DNA of 44,342 nt, the filler included, from Jimgerdemannia flammicorona (taxonomy: Eukaryota): the NCBI GenBank assembly GCA_003990765.1. It is 2 parts of 2 records of this genome, joined end to end, with 100 filler letters (N's around TTAATTAATTAA, not from the genome) between each part and the next. Parts side by side here need not be neighbours in the genome. Positions count along the whole stretch, not along the records: positions 1 to 22,122 come from RBNJ01001332.1; 1 more part is not named here. One strand, 5' to 3'. This document shows positions 1-12,686 of this stretch, piece after piece; position 1 is the stretch's first letter; each line of letters begins with the position of its first letter. The translations under genes were made by a program, and so were the position numbers. The notes beneath the pieces were generated by a model, which was given only the letters and a program-made list of their open reading frames with translations, ran no database searches and was not told where the DNA came from.

Positions 1-608
1 TCTGTGAATTCCGAGGTCCGAAGGGCCGCCGTGAGTTGTTGCCGGAATTCTCCCTCATCCCCGCCATCGCCATCGCCACCGCCACCGCCACCGCCATCAC
101 CCCTTTGGCTCTCGATGAGCAGCTTGTGTGCTGTCCATATGAGAAAGAATCTAACATTGTCAGCAGAGAGTGCGTTTCCACCTCGAATACTCCCTCTTTT
201 GATGATCATTGCAGGGTGAAAAATGAGTAGACTGGACCAATGTACAAATTTAGGGCTGCTGTTTTGTTTGCTCGTGATGCGGCAGGAAAGAACAAAGAAA
301 AAGAACAAAGAAAAGAGAGGGAACAAAGGAAAGGGTGATGTCACCAAAGTGTGGCAGGAAAAAAAAAACAAGAGCGAAATGAACAAAAGAAAGGGTGACG
401 TCACCAAAGATTTCAATCCGAATGGATCAATCCGGATGGGTCAATCCAGATGGGTCAATCCGGATGGATCAATCTGGATGGATCAATCCGGATCAATCCA
501 GATCAATCCGGATCAGATCACGAGACCAATCCGAGTTGATTTGAATCCATCACATGACGAATCTGAATCGAATCTCATCCGGATCAACTCCATTCGTTCG
601 GAGCACTA
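1..608. mobile_element. Terminal part of a hAT-like TIR DNA transposon inserted into LINE-1 RT; other end lies outside the window
   Basis: Ends in GAGCACTA (601-608), the same terminal octamer as the MITE at 36038-36461, which has an 8-bp TSD. Has a subterminal repeat array. The LINE RT frame breaks exactly here, after FVVDMVVG. CpG-rich, unlike the neighbouring DNA. Confidence 0.65.
322..590. repeat. Subterminal repeats: two copies of GAACAAA..AAGGGTGA(T/C)GTCACCAAAG, then an array of GATCAATCCGGAT-like units
   Basis: Direct repeats visible at ~322-349 and ~381-409. ATCC/GGAT units run through 412-590. Confidence 0.8.
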
Positions 609-2728
609 CCAACCACCATGTCAACCACAAAGGCCCCAACTTTCCACCCAATTTCATAGATAGAGAGCCCTACCATCCTCTGTCTAATTCTGTCCATTAA
701 AGGTTCCAGGGAAAGGGTATACAAAATGGGGGACAGTGGGTCCCCCTGGGGCACCCCCCAACCCAGGGGGAATGCTACTCCTCTGTGTCCATTACACATG
801 AGTGCAGCCCTACTCCCTTCCAGTAGGCTGACCATTGCTGACTGAAATTGGTATAGAACCCCCATTCTATCTAATACCTTTGCCAGCCAGACTCATCACA
901 CCTGGTTGTAAGCCTTCTCCTGGTCCAAGAAGACTAGACACCTATCTAGTCCACAGGCTCTTGCCCCTTCAATAACTCTATGTACCCAGGCTGTGCCATC
1001 CCTAATGAGCTGACCACCCATAAATCTCCTCTGCTCAACACCTATGACTTGCTGGGCCACCTTCTGTAGTCTTACAACTACCACCTTAGTCACCATCTTT
1101 CTGTCCATATCTAGCAACATTATCAGCTGCCAGTTCTTCCAATTCTCTCACCTTTCTTTGTTCTTATAAAGCAGCATCACCAGCCCAAGATCCTGCTCCC
1201 CCACCCATCTCCCTGTCTGTAATATATAGTTACACAATGCCATTATCTCTCCCATCACACCTGGAACTCCAACCATTCACTTCCAGAAGTTCCAGGGCAG
1301 ACCATCCTCTCCAGGTACCATACCTGGGGTTGTTGCAGCAAGAACCTGGTGGATCTCATCCTCCTTCACAGGCATTACCAGGTCACCTAGTCCCTCTACC
1401 TGTGGTGGATACCAATCCTCCAATGTTTGGTCAATGGTAGCAGCATCCACCCCACCCTCCTTCTCACTCCACAATCCACTCCATTGCTCCTTCAACAATC
1501 CAAGAATGTCCTGCACCCCATGCACTAGCATACCATCTGAGTCAAGTACTCCTTCCCACCATTGCTGTACCCTTCTTGCCTTAAGGGCCCTTGTGAGAAA
1601 CTTGGAAGGCCTCTCCCCTTCCTCCAGCACCTGCCAGCAAAGCTGTGCCACTAAGCTTTGCACCCTTGCCTCTTTCTCTTCCTGCAGCACCTGTTGTAGT
1701 TCCCCAACCTCTATCTTCACCCTCATTACTCTTCAATCTTCTTCTCCTTCCAATATTGCCAGTCTTGCCCACTCCTCCAGAAGCCTAGTCAATCTAGTAG
1801 AAGCCCACTACATTCTTCGCCTTCTCTGCCTCCCTGCCTCCTTGCCAGCCTCACTCCAGTAAATCCTGGCCATCTCTTTCATCCTCATCCACCAAACCCC
1901 AATTGAGGCACCTTCCTGTCACCAGTTCTCCACCCTCAACTGAATGTCTTTAGTCTACTCATCCCACCAGGACTTGTCATCTAACAAAGAGAAATTTAGG
2001 CACTAATGTCCAGGCCCATCCCCACTACCCCTGTCCCAAAAGGCCCCAGTGATCTGACCATGGGCACCATTTCACCTCCAGTGACTTCCAAACATCTCAG
2101 CCCCAGCAGCTGGCTGTCAGAATCCAGTCGATCCTTGTCTCCAGGCCCCCAGCCCAATGTGTATAAACCCTCCTATCCCCCCAGTACTCCTTGCTAGCAT
2201 CTACCAGTACACTAAGTCTTTCTACTTCCTCCCACATTGCCAGTCCCCCACTCCTGCCCTCAGCACCCTGTCCTCCATCTGTTCTATCCATCAGCATATC
2301 CCAAACCATATTGAAATCTCCCCCAAGCATATCCACCCCAGCCTCTGCAAGGATCCCACTCTTCTGTAGACCCTTCACCCAATCTACATGCTCACCCCAT
2401 ATAGCAGGGCAGTAACAGGAGCCAACTGTAACTAGCTTCCAGCCTGCACAAATCCACTCACCCCAGACCAGTCTCTCCCCCCAGCTCCTCACATCTCTTA
2501 TCTCCCCTCTGCCCTTCTGAACCAGAATCCTGACCTTGTCTTTCCAAATCACCATGCCTCCCCATTCCTTTGTCCATTCTATCCTATCATGATCATCCTC
2601 ACACCTGACATCCTGCAAGAGGAAGAGATCGGCCTCCAATCCCTTTAGCTAAGTAAAAATGTTCCTATGTCTAACAGTGCCCATAACCCATTCACATTTA
2701 GAGAAAAAATATTGGTTATACTGTTCAT
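609..2728 (-). pseudogene. LINE-1 ORF2 (APE endonuclease + reverse transcriptase), with stops and frameshifts
   Basis: APE motifs: NIFSLNVNGL, DLFLLQD, GGDFN, YTHW, RIDWIL, SDH. RT motifs: PGEDGLPWNFWK, LDQEKAYNQV, GVPQGDPLSPILY, AFVVD (decayed YADD). Confidence 0.92.
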
Positions 2729-2758
2729 AATGAAATATGTTTTGTTATCAGTCAATCT

Positions 2759-4783
2759 CTACTGCTTCATGTTCATCTCCTCCTGTGCCATGTCCAGATT
2801 ACATTCTGCTATCACCTTCTCCTCTTCAGCCCTCTGAGCCTCCAATCCAGCCAACAGCTCATTCATCTCCCCATCTGCCTTCTCCTCAAACTTCTCCTGG
2901 TACTCAATGCCAGCCTTCTGCCAAAGCTGCAATCTATGATGCTTGTTCCAGCAGTATTCAACCCTCTCTCCAGCAACAACCACCATCTCTGCCTCTCACT
3001 CCTTGTCCACTTCATACCCTTCCTCCTCCAGATACACTGCAAGAATTTCTGCCTTCAGTGCCATCATCATACCATCTCTCTGCAATACCCATACCCAGTG
3101 CTCATCACCCATCATTTGTAAGTCCACCTCCCCCAACTCTTCTGCTGCCAGGTTATTCATCATCCTGTATATCCAAAGTAGGTTCCCCACCTCCTTCCCT
3201 CCAGGGGCTGCTGACCTCCCTCCATCCAGCATTGTGGTGTCAGCCCCAGCACTTGCAGCCTCATCCCACACCTCCGGGACATCCACCAGTTCCTCCTCTC
3301 CAGCCACCACCCCATGTCCCCCATCGGTCACCTCTGGAACTCCAAATTTCACCTGATAGGCCCCCAGCATTGTCATATCCTCCACTATTTTGTTTCTGGA
3401 AGCTGGGCCTTGCCTGATAAGAGGAGAAGGGATGGGGGAGTCCTCCCAGGCCTCCTCCCAAACCTCAAAGATACCATCAGCATACAGGTCATTAATCTTC
3501 ACCTCCTTCACCTTCCCAGTCTCCTTCCCAGCATTCCCACCCCTCTCTCCAGCCCAGGCACTCACTTTGGCCCCCTCCATACCAGTCATCTTGCTTGCAT
3601 CCTCCAGTGGTCTGCCTCCCAGTTTAGCCAGCAGATCCTTCTGTCTCCTATGCCCCTGAGCCCTTTCTTACTGCACCTTGTCCACTTGAATCCACTTGCC
3701 ATCCACCACCTCTAAGTGTGTCAACTCCACAAAGGCCTTCCAAGCCTCTGCTCACTGCTCCACAGTACCACTCAATTCTTTGAGCACTTCCAATAAATTC
3801 TCTTCCTCCTCCTCACTTCTCTTTACCCTCATTACCTTATACAGAATTGCTCCCCAGACCATCACTGAAGGCCAGTCTCTCATCTTCCTGGTAGCTTCTT
3901 TCCCAGCCAGCTGAATCCTCACATCCACATCACTGGTCCTGAGTGAGGTCTCTTCCCAGACCCTGAATCCAATATCCACTACCTCTCTATATTCTGCTAT
4001 GACTTCTTCAACTCTCTTTCTTGTCTCCCCTGCCATCACTATGAGCACTCCTTTCACCAGCAGTTGGACCACCCTCGGATCCCATTTCAGGCACTGTGCC
4101 ATCAGAACACACATCTCCCCAACTACCAACCCAACCTTCAGTGCCTCCTCCAGCAGCTCAGCTTCCTCAAAACCCACCTCCACACCCTTCAGTCCCTTCA
4201 AAAACTTCACTGACGTGGCTGCTGCCACCTGCTTAGCTATAAGCCCCAGCACCATTTTCACCGTCACCGCTAAGCCCTGGAAGCACAGTGTAATCACAAA
4301 TACCGAGATCAATTTTTTGAGTAATGGGGCCACTGCTAGGCCTATCATACCATCTGCCAAATCTCCTTGTCTTCTAAACCTCAGCCACTCAGCCTCGCTA
4401 TCTGCTGTCACATCAGGATTTTTGTTCAGATTGGCAGTCCCATTGCCATCAGCAGTCACACTCCCCCCAGCCACTACTCCCCCAGCTCCACCACCCCCCC
4501 TTCCAAGAGCTACTCTTCCATACACTACCACCTTCTTGGTCTCCTTGCCCTTCCTCAGCCAGCCCTCCAGCCCTGATGCCTGCTGTCTCTCCTTCACTAT
4601 CTCTGCAAAGCTTGCCTTTCCAGACCCTTGGCCTTCACCATTACTGCCACCCCTTCTATGTCCTCCCACCAGCAGCCCCCTCATGTCCCCCCCCAGGCCC
4701 AGGTCCCTCTCCACCTGCTGCCATTCGAAAGCACTTAGGCCACCCTGCCCAGTATGTACCTCAGATTGCCTGTTGGTTGCTAT
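2759..4783 (-). pseudogene. LINE-1 ORF1 (nucleic-acid-binding-like N-terminus, acidic coiled-coil-like C-terminus), disrupted
   Basis: KASFAEIVK motif in ORF 3752-4714, with further pieces 2996-3589 and 2759-2986. Probable start ATG mutated to ATA at 4783 (in frame). Homologous to LINE-2 ORF1. Confidence 0.75.
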
Positions 4784-4873
4784 ATTGTTAGTCTCTTTTC
4801 TCCAAAAATGATATTGTAAGTACCTTCCAAAGATTGTGTAACCTGAATAATACTGGAGAAAGATGAGAACAGT

Positions 4874-7443
4874 GGATTGACAAGTTGCTACACCAAATCT
4901 TCAAGGCCAAGACCTTTTCTCTACTGGACTTGTGAAATGACTACCACCAGATTCTTATTGATGAGAAGGACATTGAGAAGACAGCTTTCTGAACACAGTT
5001 TGGATACTACCAGTTCTGAGTCATGTCTTTTGATTTGACCAATGCACCAGCAACATTCCAGTATCTAATGAATAACATCTTTGGACCACTCCTCAACATC
5101 TGTGTTCTCGTATATATTGATGATATACTAATCTACAGTGAAACAGTAGAACTACACTACACCCACCTCAGACAAGTACTGACCCTTCTGTGAGAACACC
5201 AGCTCTATGCCAAGATGAGCAAATGCAAGTTCTACCAAGACCAGATTGAGTACCTAGAACATATCATCTCTGCTGAAGGAATCAATGTGGACCCCTGAAA
5301 AGTATCAGTCCTTAAGAATATTCCTATCTCTACAACCCTCAAGCCACTCCAGTGCTTTCTGGGTATTGCCAGTTATTACCGAAGGTTTATTCAAGAATAC
5401 TCTGCTATTGTAGCTCCATTGACCAGCCTGGCCCACAAAGGAGTGAACATCAAAGCTGAATGGACCCTGAATGTACCTTGGCTATGGACCATCTCAAGAG
5501 ACTCCTTATCAAGGCCCTAGTGCTAATTGCACCTGACCCTACTGGGCCATTCACTCTAACTACAGATGCCTCTGACATTGCTATTGGAGCAGTACTCAGC
5601 CAAGAGGACTGCCCAGTGGCCTACCTTTTCCAAAAGCTCAAGCCAGCTGAGACCCGATATACCACCCATGAGAAGGAACTCCTGGCCATTATTACTGCAC
5701 TCCAGGAATGGCACCATTTCCTCCTAGGACAGCCATTTGTAGCCTATACTGATCACCATGCACTGCAGTATATTCACATATAGCCCATGCTGACCCACAG
5801 ACAAGCCCACTGGATTGAAATCATTACTAACTTTGATATCGAAATCAAGTATATCCCAGGCAAAACCAACTGTGTGGCTGATGGTTTCTCCAGATATATA
5901 GAAGATGAACTTGTCTTTATGGTTGAGGTAATTGGAGACCTCACCCAGATGATCAAGAATGGCTACCAGCAAGACAGCCCCCTGATGAAATTTCTTCAAT
6001 TCTGCCAAGATCCAGAAGCTGAGGTCCCAGAACTCATGAGACAAATGGCCAAGAGATTTACTTATCATGATGGACTTATGTATCTACAGGGACCATGACA
6101 GAGTAGTTGTACTCAACAATAATACTTTGCGACTCAAGATCATGCAGAAACTCTATGATACTCCTGCAGCAGGACACTTTGGCTTTGAAAAGACCTACAA
6201 CCTCCTCTCAAGAGAGTTTTACTGGCCCAAAATGACCAAGGACATCAAGGACTTTGTGGCCTCATGTGAGATGTGCCAAAGGTTCAAAAGTGGTAACAAG
6301 CTACCAGCAGGACTCCTGCAACCCTTACCTATTCTGAGCCACAACTGGGATCAGATTGCAATATACTTCATTGTCCAACTCCCCAAGACCAAGGCAGGAT
6401 GGGATGTCATCATAGTATTTATAGACTGCCTAAGTAAACATGCTCATTTTGCACCAACCAAGACCACCACTACAGTACCAGAGATTGTCAAGATTTTTCT
6501 CAATCAAGTATTCAAGCTATATAATATGTCTAGCACCATTGTATCTGACTGAGATGCCAAGTTCACAAGTAACTTCTAGAAGGCATTCTTCTCCCTCCAT
6601 GGAACCAAGCTGAAGTTCTCTACTGCCTACCACCCTCAGACTGACAGTCAAACTGAGTGAACCAACAGAACTCTCAAACATATGTTTAGCATCTTTTGCT
6701 GTTACAAGCAAAATGATTGGGACAAGTACCTAGCCCATACTGAGTTTACCTACAACAACAGTCAGCAAACCTCCATGAAGAAGACCCCATTCTTCCTGAA
6801 CCATGGTCAACACCCAAGGACCCCAAGTACTACTGTGAAATCAATAGTCTCAGCAGCCCAAGATTTGGCCAAAACCATTTCCAATCTTACCTGAATGATA
6901 AGAGATGCTCTCATATAAGCACAAGACTATTAGACCAAGTATGCAAACTTGAAGCAAAGAGAAGTCTCCTATAAAATTGATAACATGGTCATGCTTAGAA
7001 CAGACCACCTCCACCCTGATACCCTGGCACAACAACCAGCCAAGAAACTCTGTGCTAGAAGAATTGGACCATACAAGATCATGGAAAAAATTAGTGAAGT
7101 CAACTACAAGTTGCAACTTCCCCACAATATCTAAGTACACCCAGTATTCCATATCAGCCAATTGGTGGACTACCATGAGAACCCATTCTCTGAGCATACA
7201 GTTCCACCACTACCCCCAATTAGGATCAACGATTATGAGGAATTCGAAATTGAGGAAGTACTTGACCACAAGGTCTGCAAATATCCCAAAATAGTCAAGC
7301 AGTTTTTCCTGATCAAGTGGAAGGGTTACCTCACCCATGATGCCATCTGGAAAAAGAAAGAAGCTCTGAAGAATATATGTGAAGTCCTCCAGGACTACAT
7401 GAAAACACTTACTCCCCAGCAAAGAAAGAAACTGCAGCTCTAA
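4874..7443 (+). pseudogene. pol: Gypsy A pol (RT YIDD, RNase H, integrase, chromodomain), multiple stops
   Basis: [10 protein letters not shown] (~5110), TDASDIAIGAVL, EKELLAI, GHFGFEKT..C..CQ, GPY, EFEIEEVLDH..FLIKWKGY. Confidence 0.95.
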
Positions 7444-8050
7444 ATATTGGAGCACCTAGTGAGCAGAAAGATACTATATATCTTATCTCAAACATATTAT
7501 ACCAAACATGGTGGCAAAGAGAAATACTATGGATAATCAATAAGGAGATACTTGAGTGAAGGATAATCTAACATAGTACAGCAAAATGCATTTGAATAAC
7601 TCCATTTCACACCATCTGTGTCATCTCTGCTGGATGATGACAGATGCTTCATGTGAAACTTAGGAAAGCCAACAATGTCAAAACCAGTCTAAGTCCATCT
7701 ATATGACAGATATTATTACTAGGAATTGCCTCAGATTACAAGAAAAGTCTATTTCCAAGAGATTCAAACCCCCAGCTATGACAATGGGAGCCCTCACCCT
7801 AGACAAGAATGGCCAGTCCTCACAAATGCACCAACCAGACAAAAAAAAAGAGGACCAAGACCTGTTAACTCTGTGTAACCACAACTATAAGTGATAATAT
7901 CTTTGAAATCAGAATTTTCTCATGTGATCAGCACATGCCCCACTTACAGCAACAGGTCACACCAGATGGGTGAATAAGTATAAATACCCAAGGTAAGAAT
8001 ACCCTGCAACCCTCATCCCCCTCTCCTCACAAAGAAAAGATAAGACAAGA

Positions 8051-8888
8051 ATGCCCGCTATCTGCAACCAAGCTACCTGCCACCAAACTGCCCACCATAG
8101 TCAGCCTCTCCCAAGTCAGGTTGACTGTCTCTTTGGATACATCCAGGTTGCTATCCAAGGAAGGAACTGCTGCTCAGAGGCCCTTGACCTCTCCAGCTAG
8201 AACCTAGGATATTATGTTCTCAACCACTGTAAAGTCATCGAAAGAGCCTACCTTACCACCAGCCACCTAGAGATCTGGCATAAATATGAGATTGGCCATC
8301 AACTCCTCCAATGGACAAAGGACCTGCCCATGGACCAAGTCTCTAATTGGACCCACCTGGACAGGAATGAGCAAAGACTTGCCAAGAAGGTCCATCAAAT
8401 CATACACCATACACTCTTTGCAATCCCCAACCTCAACTATGTCCAACTGAATGACTTCCAGAACCTCTCTTTTTTCAAGGTTGACAAACTAGAGACCAAG
8501 GTAGCCCAAAAAGCCAACTTCTGGATCACTCTCAAGTCTACTGACTATAAACCCTACTGGAGCCCCCTCCTAAATGACAACCCAGACCAATGGTTCCAAG
8601 GCCTCTCTGACCTCTTTGAAGAACTGCCCACCTGAATGGATATTCCCAGGCATGAGGACCAAGAACCCTACTTGGATGGCCCCAACCACATCAGATGGAG
8701 AACTCCTACACCAGCACCCATCCCCATACAAGAACCATTTGCAAACCTTATTGACTTCTCCATTCTGGACAGTGAGCCATCAGCAAACTATCCCCCCTGC
8801 CACTAAAGAAGATGGCAACAACCCTGATTCTCCACCTTTTTCTCTCCTGGTTCTCAATTTCCAAATCAACAAGGACATTGATTTCTAA
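8051..8888 (+). pseudogene. Accessory 3' ORF (ORF3) of Gypsy A, unknown function
   Basis: ATG at 8051, in frame with ORF 8330-8635. Two stops and one frameshift, all absent in copy B. Ends at the PPT. Upstream TATAAATA at 7979-7986. Confidence 0.75.
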
Positions 8889-8899
8889 GGAGGAAAGTA
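8887..8899 (+). other. Polypurine tract, Gypsy A
   Basis: AAGGAGGAAAGTA immediately before the LTR TG. Confidence 0.85.
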
Positions 8900-9677
8900 T
8901 GTAATAGAATGAGGCATGATGAGTGATGAGTGATCACATGACCCGGCGAGTGATGACATCATCATATGAATGAAGTGCAGCATACAATATTATGAATGAC
9001 AAATGATGAACAATGTGAAATGACATGGAAAATAATATCCAGCTTATCTCCAACAATTGGTACCACAGCAATTATTGCCACAGTAGCTGATCATTACCTA
9101 GTAATTGAGGTCCTGATCACAAAGTTGTTTTTACCAAAAAACTATCTGACAAAGGTCACAATCACAAACCTCATTATAGTTACCAAATTAGTCACTCATA
9201 CTTAGTCAGAAATCGCAGACCAACTTGTATAAATACCCCCCAGTTTCCATCTGAAATAAAGCAGTTTTAGTTCAGTTCTTGATACAAGAATCAAGTCCCC
9301 CCCACACATACACATTCCCCTGAGTCTTAGTAATGACATCTAAGTGACTCTAGTATTTCTGACTAAACTCCAGAAGCCTAGCTAACTTCTGCCAGAACTA
9401 AGACTGGTATATAAATCCCCAAAGACTTAAGTAAATCCATTGAACCTGAATTCCAAGGCAAATTCAGTTTGTGCATAGTAAAGAACATGATCCTCAAATT
9501 AGGGCACAAGAGAAAGACCTTTGAAATAGAAGGCACTCCTGTTACAACTACTTATAAGCAAGCACTTCCTCAAACTGAAGACTTCTTAGTATACATTGTG
9601 TACTAAGTCCCTAAGTAATAGTCTATTTCCCTAATTATCCAATGGATAAGAGAGGGGTAGAAGTGAGAGTTATTACA
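8900..9677 (+). repeat. 3' LTR of Gypsy A (778 bp)
   Basis: TGTAATA...TATTACA termini. Homologous to both B LTRs but lacks their AGAGAAAGACCTTTGAAA duplication. TATA at 9228. Confidence 0.95.
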
Positions 9678-12600
9678 GGCTCTAATGAGAGGATATAAAG
9701 GATAGGAGACAGTGGGTCTTCTTGAGGAACTCCTCTCTCCAAGGGAAATGCCAGACCCCAGTGTCTATTACACAACAGTGCTGCCCTACTACCCTCCAAC
9801 AAACTCAATATAGAAGCCCAAAAACATGGTAGAATACCAATTCTATCCAGTATCTTGCCTAGCCACACCTGCCAAATATAGTCATAGGTCTTCTCCTGGT
9901 CCAAGAAGACCAGTCTGCCATCCAATCCACAGACCTGTGCTCTTTCAATGATGCCATAGACCCAGGCTGTACTATTTCAAATAAGCCAGCCTCCAACAAA
10001 GCCCTACTGCTCCTCACCTAGCACCTGTTGGGCAATCTTCTGTAACCTCACCACAATCACCTTGGTCACTATTTTCCTGTCCATATCCAGAAGCATAATT
10101 GGTCTCCAGTTCTTCCAGTCCTCCCTCCTCCCCTTATCTTTATACAACAAGGCTACCAACCCCAAGTACTGCTCACCAACCCACTCACCATTCAGAAGAA
10201 CATGGTCACAAAGGGCTGCCATCTTTCCTAAAACTCCAGGAATCTTTGCCATCTTCTTCCAAAAGTTCCAAGATAACCCATCCTTACCTAGCACTATTCC
10301 AAGCTTAGTTTCAGTAAGGACTCTCTGAATCTCCTCCTCTTGGACCAGTAGGATCAAATCATCTAAGTTCTCTACTTATAGTAATTCCCAATCCTCAAGT
10401 GTATTACCAATCACCTCCTCATCTACACCTCCTTCCTCCTCACTCCATAGACTCCTTCAGTACTCCCAAGATCTGTTGTATACCATGCACCATTTTCCCA
10501 TCTGCATCCAGGACCCCATCCCAATGATGCTGTACCCTCCTAGTCTGAAGAAGCTATGACAAGTACCTAGTAGGCTGCTCCTCCTCCTCAAGTCTCTGCC
10601 ACTATAGCCTAGCTGCCATTCTCCTCATATGTATCTCCTCCTCCTAGCTCCATCATCTCCAATTTTATACATGCCAACCTCCAATCAATGACCTCATCAG
10701 AATTTAACAAATCAGCCTATACCATCTGCAATCTAAACAACTGGTTGGAAGCACACTTCACCCTTTTCCTTCTCTGCTTCCCTGTCTCTCTGCCAGCCCC
10801 TCTCCAGTAAACCCTTGCAGTTTCTTTCAACTTTAACCATCAGGCACCCACTGACAAACTCTCACATATCCAGCTAGCAATCTTTGCCCAGATGTTCTCT
10901 ACCCAAGAGTCCCACCAAACCTTCTCTGCTAGCAGGAAGAAGTTAAGGCACTAATATCTGGGTCCATCTCCACTCTCCCCAAACTACCCCTGCCCCAAAA
11001 TGCCCCAGTGATCAGACTATGGACACTACTCTACCTCTAGTGACTTCCAAACATCCAGGCCCCAGCATTCAAACATCAGGATCCAGTCAATCCTTATACC
11101 TAGTCTATTCATCCAGTGTCTGTAGATCCTCCTATCCCCCCACTATACTCTGCCCATATCTCCTAATGAGCTGAGGGTCTCCACCTCCTCTCATGCATCC
11201 AGGCCACCACTCCTCCCACCCACATTCCTCTCTCTATCTGTTCGATCTAATTAAGGATTCCACACCATATTGAAGTCCCCTCCCAGAACATCCACACCTT
11301 CCTTCAAGAGTGTGCCCTCTTTTAACAGACCCTTGACCTATGCAATCCTCTCACCCCTAGCTGCTGGATAGTAGTAAGAGCCAACTTTCACTGGCTCCTA
11401 CCCAGGTTGATGCCATTCCCCCTATACCAAATGCTCACCTCAGTTCCTGATTCCACCTAATTCTCCTTTACCACCTTGTACCAAAATTGCCACCTTGCCA
11501 ATCCATACTGTAGCCCCTCTCTATTCTCTAGTCCATTCCACCTAATCTTCCTCATCCTCACAGTATACATTCTGCAGCAGAAAGAGATCAGCCTCTAATC
11601 CCTTAAGCTAAGTAAAAATGTTCCTTCACCACTTAGAGCCCCTTAATCCATTCATGTTCAGAGAAAAAATGTTAGTTGTACTGTTTATTGGGAATAATAT
11701 TTAGAAAAAAGATCTAGTATATACTCTACAAATCCACATTCCTCTCTTCCTGCATCAAGTCTAAGACATGTTCTACAGCCAATTCCTCTTCTGCAGCCTC
11801 CTTTGCCTCTAGTTCTACCAGAAGTTCAGCCATCACTCCATCCTCCTTCTTCTTGAATTCCTCACAATATTCCTGGCAGGCCTTCTGCCAGAGCTTCAGA
11901 CTATACTGCTCTGCCCAATAGTAGGCAGCCTGCTCCCTGGCCATAACAGCCAGCTCAGCCTCCCTCTCCTTGTCAACCTCATACCCCTCCTCCTCTAGAA
12001 GAATTGCAAGCACCTCTCCTATCAGAGCTGCTACTATTCTATCCCCATGCAGGATCTGTACCCAATGCTTCTCAGGCACTATACTCAGGTCCACTTCACC
12101 CAACTTCTCAGCTGCAAAGTCATTCATCATACAGCACATTCACAGTAGGTTTCCCACCTCCTTCCTTTCTGGTGTCACTAGCCTTCCAATATCCAATATT
12201 ATAATATCAGCCCCAATATTCACTGACTCATCCCACTCCTCCTCTGGGATATCCACCAGCTTGTCCTTGCTAACTACCACCACCTATCCCCCTTTTGCCA
12301 TGTCAGAGACTCCAAAGTGTATCTGCTGGGCACTCCACATCAGTACATCCTCCACCACCCTCTTCTTCCCAGCTGGACCCCTTTTGACAAGAGAGGGAGT
12401 GTCTTCCAAATCCTGTCCCAGACCTCAAACATACCATCCACATAGGGGTCCTTACTTAGCATCCTTCTAGCCCCCTCCTAGCCCTCCTCCATATTTCTTT
12501 CCCCTTTGCTAGCCCAGACACTGGCATCAGTGCCCCCAGATTCCTCAGCTCTACTTGCATTCTTCTTTGCCTCTTCTTTCATACTCACCAACAGATCCCT

Positions 12601-12686
12601 CTGCCTCTTGCACCTCTGGGCTCTCTCCCACAGTCTCTTGTCCATGCAGATATGTTTTCCCTCCACAATCTCCAAATGTGTCAACT
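9678..12686 (-). mobile_element. LINE-2: decayed L1/Tx1-like LINE (ORF2 RT/APE ~9678-11690, C-terminal part of ORF1 ~11726-12686); host of Gypsy A and B
   Basis: GVPQEDPLSP, LDQEKTYD, KNWRPIMLLDMDRK, GGDFN, NIFSLNMNGL. Collinear with, but clearly diverged from, LINE-1. Confidence 0.9.

Larger units (their letters stand above)
609..4873 (-). mobile_element. LINE-1: non-LTR retrotransposon, L1/Tx1-like clade, decayed; 3' part cut by the hAT-like element
   Basis: ORF1 followed by an APE-RT ORF2 on the minus strand. The 5' end abuts Gypsy A RT at 4874. Confidence 0.9.
4874..9677 (+). mobile_element. Gypsy A: 3' half of a Ty3/Gypsy chromovirus LTR retrotransposon, same family as B
   Basis: Collinear with B from 16996 onward: RT-RNaseH-integrase-chromodomain, accessory ORF, PPT and LTR. 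Its LTR end abuts LINE-2 RT (LYILSLEP). Confidence 0.95.

Noticed and set aside
223..663. 146-aa ORF
   Set aside because: Translation of A-rich and subterminal repeats that crosses the element junction.
2737..4811. Long plus-strand Pro/Ser-rich ORFs (2737-3417, 3999-4811)
   Set aside because: Antisense shadows of the purine-rich LINE ORF1.
4780..4823. Intron in the LINE-1 5' region (GT..ACTAAC..TAG, minus strand)
   Set aside because: The apparent TAG is more simply a mutated in-frame ATGG start of ORF1.
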